UHGV virus genome: UHGV-0180032
Origin: a virus
DNA length: 64,000 nucleotides
Reading direction: 5' to 3' (one strand)
Shown: in pieces, positions 1 through 8,891 of the stretch
How the letters are laid out: each line of letters starts with the position of its first letter
Numbering within the stretch: the first letter of the stretch is position 1
Notes under the pieces: model-generated
The model's input: the letters and a program-made list of their open reading frames with translations, nothing else
Told to the model about the DNA's origin: nothing
Databases searched by the model: none
Position numbers and translations under genes: made by a program

Positions 1-1
1 T

Positions 2-964
2 GATGATTTCTACAACACCTTAGGCGTTGGGTTCTTGTCAATGGATGAGGTGCACGAGCATTTCCATCTGGTGTACATGGCAGGAATAATGCTCAACCCA
101 CCACCGTCTGTTGAGATGTCTGCGACGTTACAGCCGGGTGAATCAAAAGCGTTTTTAGCCGAACGGTATCGAGAGCGTTTTCCACAAGAGTCACGTATAT
201 TCATTCCGATTATTCCTGCTGTGCATGTTAAAGCGTTGTACTACAGCATTGAGAATAAACGGTTTGCGTGGTGGGCGAATAAGATGACGCCGTATAACCA
301 CAAGCTATTCGAAGGTAAGTTAATAAGTGAGAACATGCACTTATCTTACGCGGATATGGTGTGGGACGTCATCGAGCGAACGTATTTGGCGAGTTACCAG
401 CCTGGTCAGAAAGTGTTGGTGTTGTTTGCAACCGTTGCGATGTGTGAGTTCTTTACAGAGTACGTGCGAGAGAAACTGGCACAGTCTGATAAGTTCCACG
501 CGTTGATGGTTGCGAAATACAACGCGGGGGATTCGTATGACGACTTTATTCAAGCGGATTTCTCGATTTCAACACCAGGGAAAGCAGGCACTGCGGTTGA
601 CAAACCGGGGTTGGTTCACATGTACATTACCACCCCTGTGGAAGACCAGCAGTTAAACCGTCAGATGGCCGGTCGTCCGCGTAAGATACTTCACAACGAT
701 TGGGGTGAACTCGATCCCGTTGTGTGGTTATTCCATTCACTCTCGATAGGGAAACACTGCAATTACTTGAACGCGCGTCAGAAGTCGCTGAGTGATTCCG
801 TGTTGTCGTTTAAGATAGCCTCTTCACCGTATGTTGTAAGGAAAACCAATGTTACTACCGCCGCAGCCGACCGAGCCAGCAGCACCGTATGCCGGGCTGA
901 ACTTAGCAAGTTTTCTCGAAAAGGTTTTAAAGGCATACCCAGACGTCGAAAACGTCGTCGATAA
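2..964 (+). CDS. SF2 helicase, C-terminal domain (5' partial; gene begins upstream of window)
   Basis: Frame is open from window edge with no upstream stop; helicase motif VI-like QMAGRPRK preceded by motif V-like STPGKAGTAVD; last ~115 nt overlap next ORF in another frame. Confidence 0.55.
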   Translation, partial: DDFYNTLGVGFLSMDEVHEHFHLVYMAGIMLNPPPSVEMSATLQPGESKAFLAERYRERFPQESRIFIPIIPAVHVKALYYSIENKRFAWWANKMTPYNHKLFEGKLISENMHLSYADMVWDVIERTYLASYQPGQKVLVLFATVAMCEFFTEYVREKLAQSDKFHALMVAKYNAGDSYDDFIQADFSISTPGKAGTAVDKPGLVHMYITTPVEDQQLNRQMAGRPRKILHNDWGELDPVVWLFHSLSIGKHCNYLNARQKSLSDSVLSFKIASSPYVVRKTNVTTAAADRASSTVCRAELSKFSRKGFKGIPRRRKRRR

Positions 965-1232
965 ACTGTGTACCGACCCAACAATGTCCGTAGCGTTCCA
1001 CTACTACATGGTAACGGAACACTTCGCCGGTATGCAGATTTTCCAACGTGGTAAATGTTATTACATTACGCGTAACTCCAGTATCCGCAATACCTCGTCT
1101 TACGAGCTTTACAGCTGGGTACTGTGGTCTGAAAACCCTGCGGGTAATATTGACGAAAACCCGAAGGTGGCTTATCGACTATACTCTGAGAAATGGCACA
1201 GTTGGGTAGCCGTTCCTCACGATAGCAATTAA
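849..1232 (+). CDS. hypothetical protein (127 aa)
   Basis: ATG at 849 directly after in-frame stop TAA 837-839; SD-like AGGA 7 nt upstream; followed by terminator hairpin. Confidence 0.5.
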   Translation: MLLPPQPTEPAAPYAGLNLASFLEKVLKAYPDVENVVDKLCTDPTMSVAFHYYMVTEHFAGMQIFQRGKCYYITRNSSIRNTSSYELYSWVLWSENPAGNIDENPKVAYRLYSEKWHSWVAVPHDSN

Positions 1233-1244
1233 AAAGTACAGAAC

Positions 1245-1277
1245 GGGTGTATATTGTGTACACCCTTTCTTTTTTTG
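1245..1277 (+). terminator. rho-independent terminator
   Basis: stem gggtgta/tacaccc followed by tttctttttttg. Confidence 0.6.
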
Positions 1278-1293
1278 TTAAAGGAATATTAAA

Positions 1294-1866
1294 ATGTCTC
1301 GTCGTAAGAAGAAACCCGCTTATAACCCACGTGCTCTGGCGAAAAAAGAACTTCGCGATAGCGTGAAATCCGTGTATAAACTACTGGTTATCTTTGAAGA
1401 ACAGATGAAGATTCTGGCGGAGCGTATCGACAAAGAACGTGAAGTCCTGGAAGCTCTGGAGGAGCCAGAATACAAAGCCTTCGCTATTAAAGCGTTGGAC
1501 GAAGCCAAAGCTGCGTTCGTTGGCCTGATGGCAGAAGGGAAAGAAAAACTGGGTGCAAAACTTATTGAGATCGATAAGGTTGCAACCAATGCAAAAACCA
1601 TGCTGGAAAACAACAGCTGGGCGTCTGTGAAAGACGAGTTTAGCGTGGAAAGCATGAACGTAACCACGTTAGAGACCGAAGCTGTGTGGCTGGGTAAAGA
1701 TATCCAGGGCGCTGCCATTGAAATCCTGTCGCTGTATAACGGCCGTGCTGATTTTGTAAAACGTGCGATGCACCAGGGCCACACCTTCGCAGAAGCCTAC
1801 GAACTGCTTCAACAAGCTGAAGCCGCAGTAAAACAACCCGACACTGAAGTCGTTACCGAGGTATAA
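1294..1866 (+). CDS. hypothetical protein (190 aa), probably highly expressed
   Basis: ATG with AGGA upstream; host-optimal codons (ctg, cgt, gaa, aaa). Confidence 0.75.
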   Translation: MSRRKKKPAYNPRALAKKELRDSVKSVYKLLVIFEEQMKILAERIDKEREVLEALEEPEYKAFAIKALDEAKAAFVGLMAEGKEKLGAKLIEIDKVATNAKTMLENNSWASVKDEFSVESMNVTTLETEAVWLGKDIQGAAIEILSLYNGRADFVKRAMHQGHTFAEAYELLQQAEAAVKQPDTEVVTEV

Positions 1867-1868
1867 AG

Positions 1869-3827
1869 ATGTCTGATTCATTAGACCAACGTCCTGGCAA
1901 TGGACGCCGTCGTCTACAGACGGAACCTGTACAGGTTCACATCCCTGAGCTCGACTACAGCACTATGTCAGCGGACGATGGGATTATGGCCATTAAACGT
2001 GCCAACCCACAACTGTCCTTTGCAGAAGCTGAAGAAGCGTACAAAGGACTGAATGTGGTGAAAGAAGAACCTATTCTTCAACCCCCTACGTTTGAAGAAG
2101 AACCCCTTCCTGAATCTCTACAGACCGAACTGACTGGACATCCTGTCATTGCTGAAGTTGTAGAGCGTAAAGAAGTGGTGGTTGAAGAACGTAAGCCGGA
2201 ACCTGTCCTGGTGGCGGAGAAAACGCGGGAAGAATATGTTCCACCGGCTCCTGAACCTCAGGCACCTGCGGCGGATCATGAACCAGAAGCGACACCCGCA
2301 GTAAAAGAGAAAGCTTCTACCGATCGTATCAACTTCGGCGATCAGCCCGCTCACGAAGAGTTCTCGGAATTGGAAGAGGATTCAGAAGCGGCGATTATGG
2401 CCAGCTTCCGTACGCTTATCGGTCTTTGCCAGGACCCGAACCTGGTTGGAAACGATCTGAAGAAATTCTTCTCAAGTATCCCAACGAGCAAAGACGGACG
2501 TCTGTTGTTCAAGTCTGAAGAACAGCGCGATTTGTACGAACGTCTGCGTCGTGCTTTGAACATGACGCCACCGCGTTTGCAGAATAACCTGCAAGCATTT
2601 GATGTGGCACTGTCACGTGACGACACAGCGTGGGAGCAGCGAGTACAGTTGCCGGGGATGAATAAACCGGTAGGTCTGATCAGTACCCGTCTCAACCAGC
2701 AGACAGGTGCAATTGCAGCCCTGCGCCGCCGCCGTAAATCCGGTATTCCTAACTGGGTATGGTTGCCTGCTACGGGTATCTTCGTCGGCTTCCGTGCACC
2801 GCTGGAACGTGAGATTTGTGACTTCGATATTGAACTGGCGTTAGAAACCGCGAAGATTGGGATGCAGACTTACGGTCTGATGCTCTCTGCATCTTCTGGT
2901 GTGTACTTAAGCCACATGATCGAATTTGCCTTACGGTTTGTTACCGATTGCAGCCTAGACTGCGAAGGTAACGACATGAAGACCGTACTGATGGATACCA
3001 TCGACATTGCAGACTACTGGTTACTGTTAATCGGTGTTATGCAGGCGAAGTTCCCAGGCGGTTTACCGTGGACGCTGATTTGTGGTCACGAAGGTTGTGG
3101 TCATCAGGAAGACGTTCGTCTGAACCTGGCACGTTGTATCCGTATGGGGACTTCTCTGTATACGGACATTCAGCGTAACCTGTGGGCACTTCAACGCGGT
3201 AAAGACGACGCGACTATTACCCGTGCTGACCAGCGTAAGTTTGTTGAAGAACACATCAAAGACCCATCGGCGATTTTTGAACAAGACGGGATTATCGTTA
3301 AGTTCGGTCGTTCTACCCTGGGTAAATTCTTCGACAACACCGAACGTTGGATTGAAGAAACCAACGCGGCCACGACCTCTGCTTTAGCAGAGAAGGGCAC
3401 CGAGCGTGAGCGTGAAGACCACTTACGCTTAACCGCTGAGGCACGTCGTCTAACTCGTTATGCGCACATGGTTGAATCTATTACCGTTATGGAAGAAATC
3501 TACGACGGTGAAGAATCCCACGAAGAACCTATCGTAGAGAAAGATTACGATAAGATCGTCCAGATGCTGGAAGAACTGTCGTCCGATCGTAAATACGTGG
3601 CTAACTTCGAAGGCGCTATTGCGACGTACAACGACCGTAGCCGCCTGGCGGTGTTCGGGTATATGGGCCAACGTTGCCCAGCGTGTGGTAAAGCCGATGA
3701 AGGTGAGAAAGAAGGCGTGTATCGCGGTATCGTAACGATTTCCCCGGACCGCGTTTTTTTCGAGCTATCTCGAGTGGTGTTCGAGATTCAGCGGTTTATG
3801 AGGGATCAATTCGGCGTTACTGGCTAG
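1869..3827 (+). CDS. hypothetical protein (652 aa) with acidic/Pro-rich linker and C-terminal Cys clusters (CGHEGCGH, CPACG)
   Basis: ATG 1869 with GAGG upstream; long ORF; stop TAG 3825-3827. Confidence 0.75.
   Translation: MSDSLDQRPGNGRRRLQTEPVQVHIPELDYSTMSADDGIMAIKRANPQLSFAEAEEAYKGLNVVKEEPILQPPTFEEEPLPESLQTELTGHPVIAEVVERKEVVVEERKPEPVLVAEKTREEYVPPAPEPQAPAADHEPEATPAVKEKASTDRINFGDQPAHEEFSELEEDSEAAIMASFRTLIGLCQDPNLVGNDLKKFFSSIPTSKDGRLLFKSEEQRDLYERLRRALNMTPPRLQNNLQAFDVALSRDDTAWEQRVQLPGMNKPVGLISTRLNQQTGAIAALRRRRKSGIPNWVWLPATGIFVGFRAPLEREICDFDIELALETAKIGMQTYGLMLSASSGVYLSHMIEFALRFVTDCSLDCEGNDMKTVLMDTIDIADYWLLLIGVMQAKFPGGLPWTLICGHEGCGHQEDVRLNLARCIRMGTSLYTDIQRNLWALQRGKDDATITRADQRKFVEEHIKDPSAIFEQDGIIVKFGRSTLGKFFDNTERWIEETNAATTSALAEKGTEREREDHLRLTAEARRLTRYAHMVESITVMEEIYDGEESHEEPIVEKDYDKIVQMLEELSSDRKYVANFEGAIATYNDRSRLAVFGYMGQRCPACGKADEGEKEGVYRGIVTISPDRVFFELSRVVFEIQRFMRDQFGVTG
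3755..3787 (+). other. candidate -1 programmed ribosomal frameshift signal (slippery T TTT TTC plus hairpin)
   Basis: Heptamer 3755-3761 in register with zero-frame codons TTT TTC; 5-nt spacer; 7-bp stem atctcga/tcgagat 3767-3787; -1 frame open from 3707 to 4249. Confidence 0.35.
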
Positions 3828-3940
3828 ACCCGAGAGAGATTCCTTCAGACCACGTCATTAACACGCTTAAGTTAGACACCACCTCTTTATTCAAGCAACG
3901 CAGTACCCGCCCTATCACTTATCAGGAAGCGCATGACGAA

Positions 3941-4249
3941 TTGTTAGGTGCCTACGATTTGTCGATAGGGTTGGACACCGGTTCAAAGCACGTCGGTTTG
4001 TCAGATTTCGAAAACCCGGAATACGGGAGCTTACACGAAATCTGGATGGAAGTTTATTTGCGCGAGCAGATAAATGAACATTATCGACTCTCGTTTGACG
4101 AGTGGCTTAATCGTCCTCGTTGGGAGATTATGATGATGCTCCGTGTGCTTAATCGTCGTAAAGCGTCGATTAAGAAAATCATGAACGATGTTGCTGGCAG
4201 TGACCCAGAACTGCAAAATCTTGAGAAAGAGCTTAAGTTGAAAGGTTGA
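3941..4249 (+). CDS. open frame with no credible independent start; possible C-terminal extension of the 1869..3827 product via -1 frameshift
   Basis: Stop-to-stop open frame 3707..4249 in -1 frame relative to upstream gene; first in-frame start is TTG 3941 with no SD; ends immediately before terminator. Confidence 0.35.
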   Translation: MLGAYDLSIGLDTGSKHVGLSDFENPEYGSLHEIWMEVYLREQINEHYRLSFDEWLNRPRWEIMMMLRVLNRRKASIKKIMNDVAGSDPELQNLEKELKLKG

Positions 4250-4251
4250 AT

Positions 4252-4295
4252 TTAAGGGAGTCTATTAAGACTCCCTTAGCTTTTTCTTTTTTTTG
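4252..4295 (+). terminator. rho-independent terminator
   Basis: stem taagggagtct/agactccctta followed by T-run. Confidence 0.65.
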
Positions 4296-4328
4296 CTTTG
4301 GTATGAACCCCTTGTATTGGAAAAGGCT

Positions 4329-5180
4329 ATGATTGACATTTATACAGATTACGCCGCCGTTCTTACCGTCAATCGTTCGGAGGAACGTGCTGCACCGTTT
4401 CTGGATTTAGTCACGCTTTGCATGGACTACGGATACGACGTTGCGTTAAGTGATGTATACTGGCAACCGTCTTCTGACCCGGCAGACGAAACGGTTCGAT
4501 TAGAAGGCATTATCGTTAAGTGTGCGGTAGCGTTAGGTAACCGACTAGGGATAGCGTTAAATCCCCAGGAAGTTTACCATAAACCCAAAGAGACCGTACG
4601 TATTCTGGACGGTATTACTTCCAAGTTTGAAGAGTTCGAAGACACCGATACGCTTTACGGTATTGTGATGTCGGGCGAGACGCCGGAACACATTCTGGAA
4701 AGTATCTGTCGTTATGTTTACGGTGACGATAATATCCATTTCGAAGATCTGGTTGTTCGAGTGTCTCCTCGTGTAATGACCGTGATGAGAAACTACCTGT
4801 CTTCTGTGACCGTAGACGAACAATTAGCGGCAGGTAACGACAGACGTTTGTCTCGTATCGCTGATTACCTTCGTTTATATCCTCAAAACCCATCTGCATT
4901 CGTATTCCTTAACTTACCAGACCTGCCTGATTTGACCGTGGTTCAGCAGTCGCTGGTCTTCGATGTCGAGGACTACTCGGAAGCCGAGCTGTTGGAAATG
5001 TATGCAGTGGGCTTAACGATTATCGATAACGAGGATTACGAAGATGCGTATGGTGCGTTATCAGAGAACCTGGAGAAGCTCAACAACGAAGGGTTAAAAC
5101 CTATTCCTATCTTGCAACCTGCTCTGGAAAGCTTGAAGGAGATTTATAAGGTAGCGGAGGAAGACAATGACGAGATTTGA
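4329..5180 (+). CDS. hypothetical acidic protein (284 aa)
   Basis: ATG 4329 with AAAAGG upstream; ORF-track start at 4293 is TTG inside terminator T-run so internal ATG preferred. Confidence 0.7.
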   Translation: MIDIYTDYAAVLTVNRSEERAAPFLDLVTLCMDYGYDVALSDVYWQPSSDPADETVRLEGIIVKCAVALGNRLGIALNPQEVYHKPKETVRILDGITSKFEEFEDTDTLYGIVMSGETPEHILESICRYVYGDDNIHFEDLVVRVSPRVMTVMRNYLSSVTVDEQLAAGNDRRLSRIADYLRLYPQNPSAFVFLNLPDLPDLTVVQQSLVFDVEDYSEAELLEMYAVGLTIIDNEDYEDAYGALSENLEKLNNEGLKPIPILQPALESLKEIYKVAEEDNDEI

Positions 5181-6468
5181 GTTTCTGGTGGCGGCTTGTA
5201 AAGCCGAAGCCTGGCGTCGTTTAGTGTGGCGTATTGCAATATTCAACATGTCAGTGTTCCCGTCGAATCGTGAAGAACCCGAAGCGTACGATATTACGTA
5301 TATCGACGGAATGCCGCACTACTACGCGGTAGAAGATGGGAAAGGTGATTGGCAGCCGATTACTGATGGCGTGAAAGACCAAGAACTGTTTATTCCTGAA
5401 GAACAGTTTGAGTTGAAAGTCGATGACTACCCAGGATTAGAAGGACCGATTCCTACTACCGTAGGACGTTATATCTTTAACTGGGTTGTTATCTGGTATG
5501 CGTTCGGTACACGCTTGCCGTATATGGGCATTTCACAAAACCCATTAGAGTATCGTAAAGAGATGCACCGCCGTTGTTTGGATCACGAAACCGATGAACC
5601 TGAGAACGAAGGTGCTATTCGTCCGAGCATGATAGAACGCTTTGTAAGCGGCTTACACGAGCTTGCACCGTTAACCGCTGGTATTGCACCAACAGGTACA
5701 CTTAGAAGCCTTACAGTGCATCCTGATGCGTATAAAATACGTGATGCGTTGCTGTTAAAGCATAAGGACGAGTTAGACGACCCCGCTGTGATTGTTAAGA
5801 TAGAAAAAGCACTGGACGAACTGGATAAACAGTGGTTGTCGGGTGACCAATCTATCGAGTTCTATAACTCGCCAAAATCACGAATGCGTCGTCGTAAGTT
5901 GATGCTGATGTACGGGATTGAATCGTCTTTCCAGGAAGGGGGTAACTATACGTTAATTCCTAACGCACTGGTGGAAGTCGATAAGGCGGGAATGGATAAC
6001 CTGGTCGCGAAGTTTAACTCTATTCGTGAAGGTTCGTTCTCGCGTGGTGCGGAAACGGCGAAAGGTGGGGAACAGGTACGTATCATTCAGATGATCTTCC
6101 AGAACCACCGAATCGTTACAGGTGACTGCGGGACGAAACTCACGCACCCTGTGGTTATCACAAAAGACAACGTAAAACGTTACGTTGGGATGAACGCGAT
6201 GGTTAATGGGAAGTTAACCTCCCTGACGGAAGAGTTTTTGAATAGTCAGCTAGGGAAAGTTGTGCGCCTACGCCGACCCATCTTATGTCAATACGGCCAC
6301 ATCGACTGCTGTACTGCGTGCTCCTCCGAAGCGAAAGGTGAAGAACCTCGCGCTATCGCAGCGGATATTTCGTCAGCGTTCTCTAACGTTATGTCCGTGG
6401 CAATGGCCGCAATGCACGGTAAAGAAACCGTCGTTCACGAATACGATCCGTTGATCCATATCACCTAA
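5167..6468 (+). CDS. hypothetical protein (433 aa)
   Basis: ATG 5167 with GGAGG 6 nt upstream; overlaps upstream stop. Confidence 0.7.
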   Translation: MTRFEFLVAACKAEAWRRLVWRIAIFNMSVFPSNREEPEAYDITYIDGMPHYYAVEDGKGDWQPITDGVKDQELFIPEEQFELKVDDYPGLEGPIPTTVGRYIFNWVVIWYAFGTRLPYMGISQNPLEYRKEMHRRCLDHETDEPENEGAIRPSMIERFVSGLHELAPLTAGIAPTGTLRSLTVHPDAYKIRDALLLKHKDELDDPAVIVKIEKALDELDKQWLSGDQSIEFYNSPKSRMRRRKLMLMYGIESSFQEGGNYTLIPNALVEVDKAGMDNLVAKFNSIREGSFSRGAETAKGGEQVRIIQMIFQNHRIVTGDCGTKLTHPVVITKDNVKRYVGMNAMVNGKLTSLTEEFLNSQLGKVVRLRRPILCQYGHIDCCTACSSEAKGEEPRAIAADISSAFSNVMSVAMAAMHGKETVVHEYDPLIHIT

Positions 6469-6480
6469 GGATTATTAGTA

Positions 6481-6990
6481 ATGGCAACCAAAGACATTTC
6501 TACCCAAGATGCTCGTCCTGCTGCTGTTAAGCGCTCCGCAGAAGCGGCAGTAACTTATAGCCAAGACGACTCTTATCAGGTAAACCTTATTGCTGCGCAG
6601 TTAGACGAAGCAGGGAATACCATCGGTACCAACAAACCGAAAAATACGTCGGAAGCAGACGACGCTTTCCGCAAACTGCATCAGTCTTTCCGTAGCCTGT
6701 TTGAACTGCGCGGTCAAGCGTTTATCGACGCTTTTAACGTTTTCGTTGCTGCTGCGATTAAACACAAGCGTAGCATCTTCTATTACCCGAATGTGAACTA
6801 CCACCTGGATTGGTTCCACGATTCTGCTGAACGTGAAACTTACGTGGTGTTTATCAACATGCTGGTACGTTTTGCTAACTCTCAAGATAAAGCAAACTTC
6901 GCACAGCGTGACAACGTTAACCGTCTGCTGCAACGTGTAACCGACCCAGAACTGCAACAGCTGCTGGCGTACTGCTTCAACGCGGCTTAA
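6481..6990 (+). CDS. hypothetical protein (169 aa)
   Basis: ATG with SD-like AGGA upstream; optimal codons; terminator follows. Confidence 0.75.
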   Translation: MATKDISTQDARPAAVKRSAEAAVTYSQDDSYQVNLIAAQLDEAGNTIGTNKPKNTSEADDAFRKLHQSFRSLFELRGQAFIDAFNVFVAAAIKHKRSIFYYPNVNYHLDWFHDSAERETYVVFINMLVRFANSQDKANFAQRDNVNRLLQRVTDPELQQLLAYCFNAA

Positions 6991-6997
6991 TAAGCAT

Positions 6998-7037
6998 TAC
7001 CCTACTCCTCTCGGGAGTAGGGTAGCTTTTATTTTTT
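6998..7037 (+). terminator. rho-independent terminator between convergent genes
   Basis: stem taccctactcc/ggagtagggta followed by gcttttattttttc. Confidence 0.65.
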
Positions 7038-7038
7038 C

Positions 7039-8820
7039 TTAGTGAGTGGTTTTGATGTATTCAAACGGATCGGTAACGGCTTCTCCCTGACGACGTAAGA
7101 ACGCTTCTAACACAACGTTCTTATCCGGCAGTAAGAAGAAGTCCGTTGCGATTTCCATTGCATTAACTCGTCCTGCGGTAAGGTTAATCCCCACACGACG
7201 TCGTACTTCTTCAGGAACGCCATGAATACTCAGCAACTCGATTAACGTTGTTTCACGAGACTGGTTCATCATGTTCGTTGCAGAAGGATACGCCTGGGTT
7301 AAGTCCGCATCTGCGGTTTGCCCACGGAATGCAGTGTAGAAATCATCAAACTCTTTAATGATTCCTCGCAGCCCGTTTTCCGCGTTCATGCACGCAGTTA
7401 ACGTAACAATCCAACCGTCCGTGCCGATAACCTCTTCATCGAAATCATTACGCATTGCGCTACCTACACAACCGATAACCAATCCTTGCTCGTAAAGGTA
7501 ATAGGTGTAGGCAATACAAATACGTTTTGGTAACGAAGGGAAGATATCGTACATCGAATAACCTGCCAGTACGGAGATTGCCGAAGACAAGTCGTTCGTC
7601 TTTTTATCCAACAACACAATCATCAGGTTATCGAAGATGTTGTAAACGCAGTATTCGAGCGGGAACTCTTTCTGTGCTTTTAAGTGCCATTCCAGTTTCT
7701 CCTCGTAAGGCAGCTCTGGCAAGTCTAACTTGTTTAAGCCCAGTTCGGTTTCTAGAATAGCGTTAAGTTTGTAAGAAGGACGTTGACCTTCGTGAACACG
7801 CAGTGAACGAAATAGACACATTGCATCCACACAGTAGAACGATGCGGTACAATAAAGTACGTGCCACTGTTGTGAAGGTGCTTTGGTCAGTGATTTCGAT
7901 TCCGTTTTCTTCGATGCTTCGTCTTTCTTGAAGTAAACACGACGGTATTGTTTCGGTACATCAGGATGGCAAAAGACGTCTTCCGGTGGAATCCCTGCGG
8001 CTTCTAGCGCTTCTAACATGCGTGAAATATCGAACTCGTGGTTCCATGCAACTAATAAGTCAGGTAGACGAGGGTGAATCTCTTCAAACATGCGTTGGAT
8101 ACAGCAGCCAGAGTTTAAGCATTCGTAAACGAAGATTTTATATCCAGCGATAACGTCCTTGATTTCAGTCTTAGGATTGCCTTCTTTGTCTTTGCCACGA
8201 AAAGCAATTTTAGAAAGTAACTCCTGAGCACGTTTAATTAGTCGCGCTTCGAAGTTCTCACGACCACAACGCGCAACGTAGTCTTTCGTTGCGAAGAAAT
8301 GAATTTCGTCATCCAAAACAAAACTCATAATCCAGGGGTCTCGAGATTTGTCTTCTTCTCGAGTTTCCACGTCGTATACGCAAATGCGGTTAGGTGAAAC
8401 GGCGTTAGGCCATTTCTTTACATACCTTTCTTTAATCCAGCTGGTGATAGGTAAGTCAGCCCAGTAAACGTACGGAGAGGTGCAGACTTGACGTAATGAA
8501 CGTTTTTTGTCAGGAAATCTTGCCCCTAAACCCATCTGGATAGTTTGTGACATCATCACATCCGTGGTCATGTATTCCTGACACTTACTGCGTTCTTCGT
8601 ATTCTTTCTTTTCTTGATGGTTACGGTGTTGTGGTAAAGTAATGTAGATAGGCCGTTTCAGATTTTCACGCATGACGATACGCGGGATGAATCTGCCATC
8701 TTTAGTATGGACGACCTCCTTTATGAGCACGAAGTCGTTTTCTTTCTGCTGATCGGTTGCGTACGAAACAAATTTGCACTCTTTGGCAATAACGTCTTCC
8801 GGTGCGTAATAGTTATTCAT
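7039..8820 (-). CDS. DEDDy-type 3'-5' exonuclease domain protein (possibly DNA polymerase proofreading part)
   Basis: Exo I-like YDVET, Exo II-like WNHEFDISRM, Exo III-like YNIFDNLMIV; start refined to ATG at 8820 (MNNYY) with SD-like GAGTG upstream. Confidence 0.6.
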   Translation of the reverse strand: MNNYYAPEDVIAKECKFVSYATDQQKENDFVLIKEVVHTKDGRFIPRIVMRENLKRPIYITLPQHRNHQEKKEYEERSKCQEYMTTDVMMSQTIQMGLGARFPDKKRSLRQVCTSPYVYWADLPITSWIKERYVKKWPNAVSPNRICVYDVETREEDKSRDPWIMSFVLDDEIHFFATKDYVARCGRENFEARLIKRAQELLSKIAFRGKDKEGNPKTEIKDVIAGYKIFVYECLNSGCCIQRMFEEIHPRLPDLLVAWNHEFDISRMLEALEAAGIPPEDVFCHPDVPKQYRRVYFKKDEASKKTESKSLTKAPSQQWHVLYCTASFYCVDAMCLFRSLRVHEGQRPSYKLNAILETELGLNKLDLPELPYEEKLEWHLKAQKEFPLEYCVYNIFDNLMIVLLDKKTNDLSSAISVLAGYSMYDIFPSLPKRICIAYTYYLYEQGLVIGCVGSAMRNDFDEEVIGTDGWIVTLTACMNAENGLRGIIKEFDDFYTAFRGQTADADLTQAYPSATNMMNQSRETTLIELLSIHGVPEEVRRRVGINLTAGRVNAMEIATDFFLLPDKNVVLEAFLRRQGEAVTDPFEYIKTTH

Positions 8821-8891
8821 GTTTTCACTCTCAAATCTAGCGGCTGCTATACTGATTTGTGGGTAATGTAATTTCTCAAAAGGAAACACAA

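Noticed and set aside
1320-1784. 154-aa minus-strand ORF antisense to gene 1294..1866
   Set aside because: Ser/Ala/Arg-rich low-complexity translation nested inside a well-supported plus-strand gene.
3941-4249. Independent initiation of the 102-aa ORF at TTG 3941
   Set aside because: No SD at appropriate spacing, and the frame is open for 234 nt upstream with no start codon; the frameshift-extension hypothesis is more consistent, although independent initiation is not excluded.
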